Source: a virus
Taxonomy: Duplodnaviria; Caudoviricetes
Reading direction: 5' to 3' (one strand)
IMG/VR virus record: IMGVR_UViG_3300046007_013304
Coordinates: 1-61,817 of that record
Length of the DNA stretch: 61,817 nucleotides
In this document: in pieces, positions 16,658 through 25,980 of the stretch
Layout of the letters: each line of letters opens with the position of its first letter
Numbering within the stretch: the first letter of the stretch is position 1
Position numbers and translations under genes: made by a program
Notes under the pieces: generated by a model
What the model saw: the letters and a program-made list of their open reading frames with translations, nothing else
Told to the model about the DNA's origin: nothing
Databases searched by the model: none

Positions 16658-19600
16658 ATGGAAAAATATCTACCAGAATGGTTCAATGAAGATGAATTTG
16701 AGACTTTTCTTTCTGAAGGTCCCCTGACCAGACAAGCATGGATCAAGGGAATAAAAAGATGGAGAAGGACCCGTTTCATGCTCAAGCAGATGCTCGGGAA
16801 GACACCGATGAAGTACATCTCAAGGGCGATGAGATCAAAACACGCGATAATGGCTCGTACAGCCGTTCAGAACGCAAGGGACATACAAGCAGCACAAGAC
16901 AGAGAGGAAAAAATGGACGCAGCGAGAAACTTTATAAGACAAGAGGATGTTACTGTTGATTTTGGCAAACTACTCGCTGAAAAACTATTCGGCGGTTCAC
17001 AGACCGCATTCAGTCTAGGAACAAAATCATCGGCAGGTGAAAGGGCTTCCATGAGGAATCCCACCGGCGACCCCAAAAAACAGGCTAGATTGAAAAAAAG
17101 ATTTCAAAGGGAAGATGACAGAAAGAACAGTCACCAAACAAATGAATCTTTCATATTTGAAGAGAATAAAAAATCATCTTCTAATCAACCCAGTGCTTCC
17201 GGTCCAAAAGGTTCACCAAAAACAGGCGGTAAAAAATTAACCAATGAAGAAAAAATCAAAAAAGGTGATCTCAGTCCTGTTGTCGTGATAAAAACAAAGG
17301 ATGGCAAAGTAAAAATTGCAAGTAGAGATTCCTTGGCAAGTTTCAAGACTGGATATAAAATTTTGAAGAACAAGAAACCCGGAGAGATAAAATCTCCTGG
17401 CGATCTGATGCATTATATTGCCGGTAAAGAAGGAAAATTCGAGAGAACCGAAACATATAATGTGATATTCAACAACAAACCAGTCGAGGAAGTATTAGGC
17501 ATAAAGAAAGATGAAGAGGAACCCAGAAAGAGGGAACAAAGATCAAGAGGCTCACAAAGAAAACAACAAAAGAAAGACGATCAGCAACAAAAGTCAAAGG
17601 TTCCACCTGTTTTGCCACCAGAAAGACAAACAGGACCAACAGTATTGCCATATGATCAAAATGAAAATGCACCTCAACTTGCGCAATATGTCGATGATCC
17701 GGAAACAACCGAAAGATTGCAAGAACTGGGTTGGTTTGGCAAGGATGGTCGTGAACTTGAAGCAATTCAAAGAGAAGTCGATTCAAATCCATGGATGACT
17801 GAAGCTGGAAGAAGATCAAGAGCAGCCATGCTCTCGTTAGCTAAGGGATCAAATCCTGTTTTATCCAGTTATAAAGATGAAGATCTAGTCACTCTCCGCA
17901 TTGGAATGATGCGAGGAATGATGAAGATGAGTAAATTATACGAAAAAATGGGTGCTAGAGATACCACATCGAAAGCAGATTATGTGGTATTCCCCAAAGA
18001 ATATCTTGACATATTTGCCAAGTATATCTCGGGTCAAAAAATAAGATCAGATCTGAGCAAGTTGAATTTTGCCGGTAAAGAAAAACTAAAAAGTGAAGAA
18101 GATATAAAAAACAGCGAAAAATTGGGCGATGAATTAATAAAGTTCTTGAGTTCCCAGAAAACAGATATGGGGCTCCCAAAGGAAGAATTAAAAAACTTCG
18201 TGGCGTTCTTGAAATCAAAGAGCTTTGAAGATTTTTCCCCTGAGAATGCTCAAGCTTTACTTGAATATCTAAAAGCAAAACGACAAGATGGTGTTCTCTC
18301 AAAAGAAGATTATCAAAAGTTTTCAAAATATCTGAAAGAGGAAGTCATTGAAGAAGAGCTTCCTGAAGAACTTTTGGCTATGACATTCGGTATATCTCAT
18401 AAAGCAGGAAAATCCCAACTTGCATCGTCTGCATTGACAGAAACAATTGCTGTCATTGAGGATGTCAAAGAAATGTTGGGTGGGGTATTAAATGAAATAC
18501 CGCCAGAACTCATGGAGCTTATTCAAGATTTCAATAGGCTAAAAAATTCCATGAATGGCCAAAATGCATTCAAAATTTTGAATACTAATTTTGGTAAAAG
18601 TAAAATTCAAAAAATGTCGAGGGGAAGAGCAACAAGTTATGATGCACGAAATCAGTCAAATCTTGTTGCAGCACAGGAATTTTTCAACAGTAGTAACCCA
18701 ATAGTAAAAGAAATTAAGGAAAAAATTGCGGAATTGATGAAAAATAGGTTTGTGCAGGCGGCGTTTGTTTATGCATTTGGAACTGGTAAAGGAAAATTTG
18801 ACAAAAACTCTCTAGGTGTTGCTCAGGGTATTTTCTTTGCGGACGAAAGAGGCGAAGCAGTGGGATCGATGATGTTCCCGACAAATTTTGCTGACGCAAT
18901 AAGAGACCCCAAATTCATGAAATTTGCTGCAAGCCACAAGATGAACAGCAGAGCAAAATCGTGGGGAAGCGACGGATCTAGAACGATCTCCCCATTCAGT
19001 TCAAGAGTCGAGATGGGCAGGAATGGTCCACAAGGTTTTTTTTCTCCACAGAACCTGATAGCATCATATGATCCTTTAGCCGACAGGGAACTCGATAATC
19101 TATTTGAATACACATTTTTACCCCCTGATCAAACAGTAAGTGTTGAGTCCCCACCATCATCAGAATTCATGCCTCCGCTTGGATCCGATACTCAATTTGC
19201 GGGGTTTTCTCAAAATGACGGTGGAGAATTCGAGTTTACGCTAGAAAATATTCTTCCTGTATTAGCTCAACTGGGTCTCATTCAAGATATAGATTTTGAT
19301 GTTTTGGATTATACCGAATTAGGCATGAAGTTATCATCCATGCAAAATCCAATAAAAAATGTCGTTACCGTAAACGGCAGGGAATATGCAATTCCGGTTT
19401 TTGATGTTGAATTGGCAGAGGAATTATTCAACAGTTATGATAACATAAATGAAACGGTTATTGAGATGTTAAACGATGGTTTGGAATATGAAGATGCTGT
19501 TGAGATCTTTAAAAACGAAATCAGTTCCTTGTTGGAAGGTAAAAGAAACTACAAGAGAGAGTATCGTCTTTTCCATGGAAAACCGGAACAGAGGGCAAAA

Positions 19601-19915
19601 AGAAGCAAAAGAGTATTAGCCAGAAGAAAAATGGCAAAGAAATTAGGTAAGAATGCAATCAAAGGAAAAGATATAGACCACAAGGACGGAAATGCTCTCA
19701 ATAACGGCGATTCTAATTTGAGAGTCAGATCCATAAATAAAAACCGGGCAGACAATGGTCATTCAAAGAAAAAAATATCTGAGATGTGGGGTGCCGGACT
19801 TGAAGGTTCGGGGGAATTGACCGCAAAGTGGTTGAAACAAACACCCGGACAATGGCAGATGATTGATCCAAAACTATTAAAACTTCTATTAAAGAATAAA
19901 GGAAAAAGCAGATGA
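16658..19915 (+). CDS. 1085-aa late protein with C-terminal HNH domain and a possible PD-(D/E)XK-like domain
   Basis: KDIDHKDGNALNN...NLRVRSINKNR; TTSKAD...ISHK...QL; TACATA + 5 nt + ATG. Confidence 0.75.
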   Translation: MEKYLPEWFNEDEFETFLSEGPLTRQAWIKGIKRWRRTRFMLKQMLGKTPMKYISRAMRSKHAIMARTAVQNARDIQAAQDREEKMDAARNFIRQEDVTVDFGKLLAEKLFGGSQTAFSLGTKSSAGERASMRNPTGDPKKQARLKKRFQREDDRKNSHQTNESFIFEENKKSSSNQPSASGPKGSPKTGGKKLTNEEKIKKGDLSPVVVIKTKDGKVKIASRDSLASFKTGYKILKNKKPGEIKSPGDLMHYIAGKEGKFERTETYNVIFNNKPVEEVLGIKKDEEEPRKREQRSRGSQRKQQKKDDQQQKSKVPPVLPPERQTGPTVLPYDQNENAPQLAQYVDDPETTERLQELGWFGKDGRELEAIQREVDSNPWMTEAGRRSRAAMLSLAKGSNPVLSSYKDEDLVTLRIGMMRGMMKMSKLYEKMGARDTTSKADYVVFPKEYLDIFAKYISGQKIRSDLSKLNFAGKEKLKSEEDIKNSEKLGDELIKFLSSQKTDMGLPKEELKNFVAFLKSKSFEDFSPENAQALLEYLKAKRQDGVLSKEDYQKFSKYLKEEVIEEELPEELLAMTFGISHKAGKSQLASSALTETIAVIEDVKEMLGGVLNEIPPELMELIQDFNRLKNSMNGQNAFKILNTNFGKSKIQKMSRGRATSYDARNQSNLVAAQEFFNSSNPIVKEIKEKIAELMKNRFVQAAFVYAFGTGKGKFDKNSLGVAQGIFFADERGEAVGSMMFPTNFADAIRDPKFMKFAASHKMNSRAKSWGSDGSRTISPFSSRVEMGRNGPQGFFSPQNLIASYDPLADRELDNLFEYTFLPPDQTVSVESPPSSEFMPPLGSDTQFAGFSQNDGGEFEFTLENILPVLAQLGLIQDIDFDVLDYTELGMKLSSMQNPIKNVVTVNGREYAIPVFDVELAEELFNSYDNINETVIEMLNDGLEYEDAVEIFKNEISSLLEGKRNYKREYRLFHGKPEQRAKRSKRVLARRKMAKKLGKNAIKGKDIDHKDGNALNNGDSNLRVRSINKNRADNGHSKKKISEMWGAGLEGSGELTAKWLKQTPGQWQMIDPKLLKLLLKNKGKSR

Positions 19916-20265
19916 AAAAGAAAAAAGACTGTGGTTGCGGTAAAACCAAAAAATACAGAAAAATGATGGGTGTGTCGGAATGCTTTGGTAGCAAAACAGA
20001 CGCATTGAGCATCGTTGAGCTTTTGGATTTTCAAAAAAATAAACCATTTAAGGTTAGTTTCAATGAAGGCATAACAGTCTCATGGGAAAATGAGAATCTT
20101 CAGGAAAAAACTCTGACTCCAAAAGACAAGATGCAAAAGGAAAAATTTATGAAAGACATGAAAAAGAAGGATGTCTTGAATAAATTAAAGAAAAAATATG
20201 GCGAAAAAAAAGGTAAGGCTGTAGCATACGCCATGGCAACAAATAAAGCAAAGAAAACCCCTTAA
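19912..20265 (+). CDS. basic hypothetical protein with CGCGK motif
   Basis: ATGA overlap; KKKYG...AVAYAMATNKAK. Confidence 0.65.
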   Translation: MKKKKDCGCGKTKKYRKMMGVSECFGSKTDALSIVELLDFQKNKPFKVSFNEGITVSWENENLQEKTLTPKDKMQKEKFMKDMKKKDVLNKLKKKYGEKKGKAVAYAMATNKAKKTP

Positions 20266-20279
20266 CATAAAGGAATTGC

Positions 20280-20582
20280 ATGGAACCTATCATAGCACAA
20301 GCATCAGATATAAGTTTTTTAGATAATATTGCTGGCTTGTTGGGCATTATGGCTGTGATTTTGGGTGGAACAGTTACACTTTTAACCATGCTAGGAAAAA
20401 TAAGGACAGAAATAGCTGAAATTCGCGTAGAGCTTCAAAAGGATAGAGCTCACATGGAATCCAGAATTTCTTCCCTTGAAAATTCTGTAAAAAACATAAA
20501 AAGTCAACTGAATACCATATTGTTTTCATTGGCTAGAAATCGAATATCTTTGGAAGATACACATATAGATGATCATAAATAA
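20280..20582 (+). CDS. single-TM plus coiled-coil protein, holin-like candidate
   Basis: IAGLLGIMAVILGGTVTLLTML followed by heptads. Confidence 0.6.
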   Translation: MEPIIAQASDISFLDNIAGLLGIMAVILGGTVTLLTMLGKIRTEIAEIRVELQKDRAHMESRISSLENSVKNIKSQLNTILFSLARNRISLEDTHIDDHK

Positions 20583-20597
20583 TCAAAAGAGGACAAA

Positions 20598-21119
20598 ATG
20601 AAAAAATTTAACCAATTAAAACAGCGTTTGATGGAATCAGAATACACTGAAGGCGGTGGTTTCAATGCGGCATATGATGGAACCACAAGTAGAAGCGTGG
20701 CTAGCGATTTTGGTGCTCACAGAATTGAAGATGCAACCCAAAGAAGCAGAATAAATGCCTTCCTGCAAGCTTTTTCACAGAAAGATTATCTTGACCCCAG
20801 AAGTGCAATCGCTCTGTTAAGAGCAAAATTGAATTTGATTGGTTTAGATTTTCAATTCAATAATAATGTGAACTTAATTCCAAATACCGTTATACGACTG
20901 CCGTTGACTCGTTTCGGTGGAACATTTGGCTTCAAGACCAGAAATGGTGTCGTAAATCATGGGATAGAAGATTCTTTTGAAAGAACTGATGGAATTTCAG
21001 AATTTAACAATGGGAAAGGACTTCAATTAATCGTAAATATCGGTCAAAATGGTGCAAATGGTCTCTTCAAATTTAACATTATGTTAGAAGAGACTACTGG
21101 AGATTCTACAGCGGAGTAA
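20598..21119 (+). CDS. late hypothetical protein with CTS-like N-terminus
   Basis: CATAAATA at 20574, SD GAGGA; MKKFNQLKQRLME. Confidence 0.7.
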   Translation: MKKFNQLKQRLMESEYTEGGGFNAAYDGTTSRSVASDFGAHRIEDATQRSRINAFLQAFSQKDYLDPRSAIALLRAKLNLIGLDFQFNNNVNLIPNTVIRLPLTRFGGTFGFKTRNGVVNHGIEDSFERTDGISEFNNGKGLQLIVNIGQNGANGLFKFNIMLEETTGDSTAE

Positions 21120-21121
21120 TT

Positions 21122-21505
21122 GTGAGGTTCAGAGATCCATTGACACAAGATAATTTCCTGCTCTTCGCCATGAAATTTTATGAAAATCCTGCATGTAAAA
21201 ACATGGAGGAATTCATGGAAGATTTAGAGAGAATAAAATACATAAAAAGACTCCTAAATAAATTTGAAAAAAAGGATTCTCTGAAAGAAAGACTGATTCT
21301 AAATCATATAATCATATTGAACAATGTTTTTGGTCCAGAAGCCTGCAGTAGAATTCTTTTTTTCAAGTTAGAACCGGAATATCATTCATGTCTGAAATCC
21401 TTCCTTCATTATCTTCAAATACTTCCCAGACAGATTCCGGAAATAGATTTGAGTTTAATTCCAAGGGATCACAGGATAGACCAAATTTTGAAGGAAATTC
21501 GTTAA
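21122..21505 (+). CDS. conserved T4-like phage hypothetical protein
   Basis: NFLLFAMKFYENP...EDLERIKYIKRLL...LKERLILNHII..NVFG. Confidence 0.8.
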   Translation: MRFRDPLTQDNFLLFAMKFYENPACKNMEEFMEDLERIKYIKRLLNKFEKKDSLKERLILNHIIILNNVFGPEACSRILFFKLEPEYHSCLKSFLHYLQILPRQIPEIDLSLIPRDHRIDQILKEIR

Positions 21506-22014
21506 ACGAAAGCTGGTCTGCCATCGTAACCTCGTTTACGGTGTATAAATTAATGTCCGAAATCATCAAGCCTTTCACATCGATGAAAGCTTATAAAGCC
21601 AAACTTATTGATGAAAACGGAAATTTGCTCAAAAAAGAAGAAGAACTAACTAACAGCGAAGCATCAATTCTCAGCCCATTCACCAGATTGGTCATTGGAA
21701 TAAAGAGATTAGTCAATGCATTGCCTGCAAACCGATATAAATCAGAATTTGGTTATATTCAGACTGCGGCAAGAGCAATGGCGTTTGAATGTGTTGAACT
21801 TGGTGGAGATGAAAGATTATTTTTAGAAGAACTTGAAAAATCATTGGATATTCTTCTGGAAGACGGCGAGGGATCTGCAGGGATCGGAAATGTAGCGGGT
21901 GGTGGTTTTTCAAATCCACAAGTGGGAGAACCAAATACCGCCCTTGCAGGATACAGTCCACCCATGAATATCACACAAAGAAAGAAAAAAATAATAAAGA
22001 GAGAAATAAAATGA
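21388..22014 (+). CDS. conserved T4-like hypothetical protein, start uncertain
   Basis: KPF..MKAYKAKLIDENG, PFTRLVIGIKRL; 118-nt overlap with the upstream gene. Confidence 0.65.
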   Translation: MSEILPSLSSNTSQTDSGNRFEFNSKGSQDRPNFEGNSLNESWSAIVTSFTVYKLMSEIIKPFTSMKAYKAKLIDENGNLLKKEEELTNSEASILSPFTRLVIGIKRLVNALPANRYKSEFGYIQTAARAMAFECVELGGDERLFLEELEKSLDILLEDGEGSAGIGNVAGGGFSNPQVGEPNTALAGYSPPMNITQRKKKIIKREIK

Positions 22015-22841
22015 AAAAAATTGCATTTCTGTGTGTCATCTTTGGGATATTAGTGTTTGGGTGCAAGTCTAAAACTATTCCTGTTGCCATAACTCCAGTT
22101 GCATCCACCACACCTCCACACCTTGAAGATGTCTTGGAAGACATAAGAACCAGTTCTGACATGATAACATATGATGCGACTGTGATAAAAGATGAAACAA
22201 AGGGAATAGCAGATCTAAAAGTTTCAAACGCGATTCAAAATAAAGCTGAAAATATCATAGAATCTTCAAATACCATTAAAAAAGAAAATGATAAACTTGC
22301 AAAAGTAATAGATGAAGTAAAGAAAAATGAAGATGAACTTGCTAAATTAAAAGATCTCATCAATTCCAAGCGTCTGGAAGCCCTTGAGAAGCTTTATGGC
22401 TACATCACCATGTTCTGGGTCCTCGGGTTTGCCGCAATCGTTGGAGGGGCTGTGGTGGCTTTCCTGCTGGGTAATAGGCTGTTCGGATCTTCCATCATGA
22501 TGATCGGAACAATGATGGTCGGATTTGCCGCCGCAAGTCAATATTATATGGAACAAATCGCCCAAGTTGGAGGAATTATTCTGGTTATTTCGTTTGTTGG
22601 TGGAATTGTTTATCTAATATGGGGAATATATCGCGCAAATACCGTAACCCTTGCCGTCAAAGAAATTGTAGAGATGATTGAAATTCTAAAAGAAACAATA
22701 ACCGATCATGAAAGAGAAAAATTGTTCGGAAAAGATGGCATAGCAGATCGTGTTCAATCTGACATAACAAAACAAGTAGTAGCCAAAATAAAAGAAAAAA
22801 ACGGTTTGAGAAAACTGAGTGAGATCAAGCCTCAGTCTTGA
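22011..22841 (+). CDS. lipoprotein with coiled coil and three TM helices, u-spanin-like
   Basis: MKK + hydrophobic stretch + VFGC lipobox; three hydrophobic segments near aa 127-203. Confidence 0.7.
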   Translation: MKKIAFLCVIFGILVFGCKSKTIPVAITPVASTTPPHLEDVLEDIRTSSDMITYDATVIKDETKGIADLKVSNAIQNKAENIIESSNTIKKENDKLAKVIDEVKKNEDELAKLKDLINSKRLEALEKLYGYITMFWVLGFAAIVGGAVVAFLLGNRLFGSSIMMIGTMMVGFAAASQYYMEQIAQVGGIILVISFVGGIVYLIWGIYRANTVTLAVKEIVEMIEILKETITDHEREKLFGKDGIADRVQSDITKQVVAKIKEKNGLRKLSEIKPQS

Positions 22842-23385
22842 TTTTTTCAAACAAGTATTTACAGACATAATAAGAATCAACTATGTCTGAAACTGGGCTT
22901 ACACAGTCATTTTTTCCGGGTGTCATAAAATAAATCAGATCTATCCCTGTTTCCCTGAAAAATGAAGCATGCATGTCCTCTTTGGTTGCATTTCCTTTTC
23001 CGGTAGCCATTTTTTTGACTGCGGATGGCTGTGCAATCTCCAAAGGTATCTGTGCCTGAAATATTTTATACTTTAGGATTCCTGTATTTTCTGCTATATG
23101 AAATACCTTTCCTTTGGCTCCAAAAGCATATCCTTCAATACAGGTCTGGTCAATTCCCCTGAGATACTTCATAGCCCAGTCAGAGATCGTATCAAATCTC
23201 ATATAATCACCACTGTAAAAAGCAAATTCCTCTCCTTTTATGTTCTTGAGGAAGTTTGTCGCAAATTTTTTCTTGTCTGTCAAGAAGTAAAATTTACAAT
23301 GATTAAATGAAAAACTACCCGTCGATCCGTTGTACACGCAAATTGACGGGGATGTCATACTATAATCTATACCAGCGATCACCAT
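22825..23385 (-). CDS. RuvC-like Holliday junction resolvase
   Basis: IAGIDYS, IEGYAF, PSAVKK..TGKGNATKEDM, DIVDS. Confidence 0.85.
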   Translation of the reverse strand: MVIAGIDYSMTSPSICVYNGSTGSFSFNHCKFYFLTDKKKFATNFLKNIKGEEFAFYSGDYMRFDTISDWAMKYLRGIDQTCIEGYAFGAKGKVFHIAENTGILKYKIFQAQIPLEIAQPSAVKKMATGKGNATKEDMHASFFRETGIDLIYFMTPGKNDCVSPVSDIVDSYYVCKYLFEKIKTEA

Positions 23386-23435
23386 ATAATTATGTATTTG
23401 GTGCATAAATAAAGACCGAAGGCATCAATAATCAT

Positions 23436-24839
23436 ATGGCAAGCAGCGACTTAAACAAAGAATATCTCAATTACACGAAACAAGAAGCTAGAAAGTGGCA
23501 TTTTTATCTCGGTGGAGATCCACAGATAAGACCCGACGATAATCCCAATTCTTTTGATTGGGCTAATGATGTCAATATTTTGTATAGAGTCAGGGAAAAC
23601 GATGTGAATTTTGTTACCGACAGACTTGACTGGTCCACCAGAATAGTTCTTTCACCCTGGAACTCCAATACAAACAATAATAATAGAACTCTGGTTTTTA
23701 ATCCTGTCAATAGTATTGCCTACCTTTGTGTTAGTGATAATACAAACAACAGATCAGACAGTTCAATACGAGGAAAACAACCTTCAATATATGCGCCATC
23801 ACATGTTAATGGGCTAAGGACTTATGATGATGGATATAGCTGGTACGCATTGTTTGTTGTCGATCCGACAAAAATGGACATAATCACGACATCAAAAATA
23901 CCTGTGATGTCATTGGATGACTATACCACAGAGGCAACCTCAACATCATTGACACAAAAATATTCACAAGCATGTGGTGCCGATTATGCTGTGGATGGAA
24001 CTTGCTGCCTTTACACCAAAGCAGAAGCAAAAGATACTCTTGGAACCGTTTTTGATAAGGGAGATTTATATTATGTGAAAACGGTTGCAACCTGTTATAG
24101 ATGCAACGAATTGGCGAAAAAATTAAATTGCGAATATATTTTCAAAGCCGGTGTCACCGTTTTTGATTCTTATCCGACATGTTCTCCGTGTGATTGCTCC
24201 ATTGACATAACGGATAAAATAACTCAAATAGAGAAAAATTTGGGCAATTTAAATACATCTGGATTTTTTAGACACATTTATGCGAATTATCAAGATTGGT
24301 CAGATCCGTCAGAAATTCTGTCTGTATTCATAAATTTGGGCGGATTGAGTGAAAATGACAAAATTATATCAATATCAAATCCAGAAATTACCTTTGATTC
24401 AATAACCGGAAGTGGTGCAAAAGCACAACTGATAACCGAATATATTGATGAACAAAGACATAGAGTGACAGGAATAAGATTGATTTCCAGAGGAAAGAAT
24501 TATGTCAATGGAGATGCAATTCCTGTCATTTCTGGTCTTGAAAACAGCATCCTGAACAATTTAATTGAAGTAAATGTTGCACCGGAAGATTTCCCAGAAA
24601 ATCCAGTTTCAATGTTAAACAATCTTGAAACTTGCGTCAAAGTTTCAATCACAAATACAATGTTACAACAGAATGGTTCTTATCTTCGCAATTTTACGAG
24701 GTATGGATTATTGAAAGATGTGAAAATAGAAGCCGATAATACTTTGGCAACTGATGGTCTAAATGATAATGAATATCAATTACTAAAAGCAACTTCGGTT
24801 TTGACTTTAGGATTAACGACAGTCCCAGTTCCAGTATAA
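23436..24839 (+). CDS. gp8: baseplate wedge subunit, gp8-like, with Cys-rich insertion
   Basis: RLDW, YLCVSDN, DDGYSWYALF, RYGLLKD; CATAAATA at 23404. Confidence 0.65.
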   Translation: MASSDLNKEYLNYTKQEARKWHFYLGGDPQIRPDDNPNSFDWANDVNILYRVRENDVNFVTDRLDWSTRIVLSPWNSNTNNNNRTLVFNPVNSIAYLCVSDNTNNRSDSSIRGKQPSIYAPSHVNGLRTYDDGYSWYALFVVDPTKMDIITTSKIPVMSLDDYTTEATSTSLTQKYSQACGADYAVDGTCCLYTKAEAKDTLGTVFDKGDLYYVKTVATCYRCNELAKKLNCEYIFKAGVTVFDSYPTCSPCDCSIDITDKITQIEKNLGNLNTSGFFRHIYANYQDWSDPSEILSVFINLGGLSENDKIISISNPEITFDSITGSGAKAQLITEYIDEQRHRVTGIRLISRGKNYVNGDAIPVISGLENSILNNLIEVNVAPEDFPENPVSMLNNLETCVKVSITNTMLQQNGSYLRNFTRYGLLKDVKIEADNTLATDGLNDNEYQLLKATSVLTLGLTTVPVPV

Positions 24840-24849
24840 GGATAATAAA

Positions 24850-25236
24850 ATGGCAGCACCAAGCCCAAGTTTAACTACAAGCGAATCATACAATATTCCA
24901 CCGGGTAAAAACATACCAGCAATTGCGGATGAAAACAGTCCGGGAGATTCATTCATAATAAAACCCGTATATTTTAAATTGGGAACCGGAGCGGCTGGAT
25001 CAACACAGTCTATTGCAGAAGTCATAACAAAAAATCCAGAAAAATTACAATTGAACAATGAACTGCTACTCGATGACGGGAATTTTTATTTTGTTCAACA
25101 ACTTGACAGGACTCCAGTAAAATTTGCTTCAGGTTCTCCTTTAGTTACCCAAAAAACAAGCATAAACTTTCCTTCTCCGGATATTGAAGGATTTATTCCA
25201 GAAAAAGTAGCAACATTCTTGATTTTCAAGAAATGA
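24850..25236 (+). CDS. hypothetical structural protein
   Basis: ORF between gp8-like and DUF4815-like genes. Confidence 0.6.
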   Translation: MAAPSPSLTTSESYNIPPGKNIPAIADENSPGDSFIIKPVYFKLGTGAAGSTQSIAEVITKNPEKLQLNNELLLDDGNFYFVQQLDRTPVKFASGSPLVTQKTSINFPSPDIEGFIPEKVATFLIFKK

Positions 25237-25243
25237 GGTATAA

Positions 25244-25975
25244 ATGTCGGCATTTCCTTTTACATTAGGTCCTTTAGGCAACTCCTTTCCACTAAACACT
25301 ACTCCATATTGGAGCAGAATAACATTATCACAGATTCAAGGAACTACAGCCAGTAATTATTGTCTCCTTGGATTCAAACCGGGATTGCCTCTTCAGGCAT
25401 CAGAATTGAATGAGATTCAGGAAATTGCAGTGATGAATCAAACATTGACTGCAACCATGATTTCTTCTTGGCCTGTTTTTAATATGTCATGGAAGAATGA
25501 AGTGTATGGTCCGGGATGGGATGGAACAACTCCAATTTATCCAAAATTCGATGGAAAAAATACCATTGAAAACTTAGTCGCTTCCGACGATAAACAAGTT
25601 TTCGTGAGAAAAGGGTGGTATCTAGTCACTGTTAATGAAAGTAACCTCAAACATTGGGTTTATTTGAATCAAGGATACACATCCGATATCTCGGTTTCTA
25701 CAATTCCAAACGGTAGTCAAAACGAATTTGGATTTATTGCAACATATGAAACCATCAAACCCACAGATGATCCATCGTTATATGACAATTCCAGTGGTTC
25801 AGTTATCCCGAATCTAGGTGCTCCGGCTGGAGCCGACAGAATACGGGTAAAACTTTCAGATCCTGTTTGGGCAATGAACGGCAATACTGCAAATTTCAGC
25901 CCCATTTTAAAGAAAATAGATACAGATGACAATTTATTATTGTATATGAATAATGTGGAAGTTCCACAGGAATAA
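25244..25975 (+). CDS. DUF4815/VrlC-like baseplate-fibre adaptor, stand-alone
   Basis: FKPGLPLQASELNEIQ and LYDN...APAGADR. Confidence 0.75.
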   Translation: MSAFPFTLGPLGNSFPLNTTPYWSRITLSQIQGTTASNYCLLGFKPGLPLQASELNEIQEIAVMNQTLTATMISSWPVFNMSWKNEVYGPGWDGTTPIYPKFDGKNTIENLVASDDKQVFVRKGWYLVTVNESNLKHWVYLNQGYTSDISVSTIPNGSQNEFGFIATYETIKPTDDPSLYDNSSGSVIPNLGAPAGADRIRVKLSDPVWAMNGNTANFSPILKKIDTDDNLLLYMNNVEVPQE

Positions 25976-25980
25976 AATAA

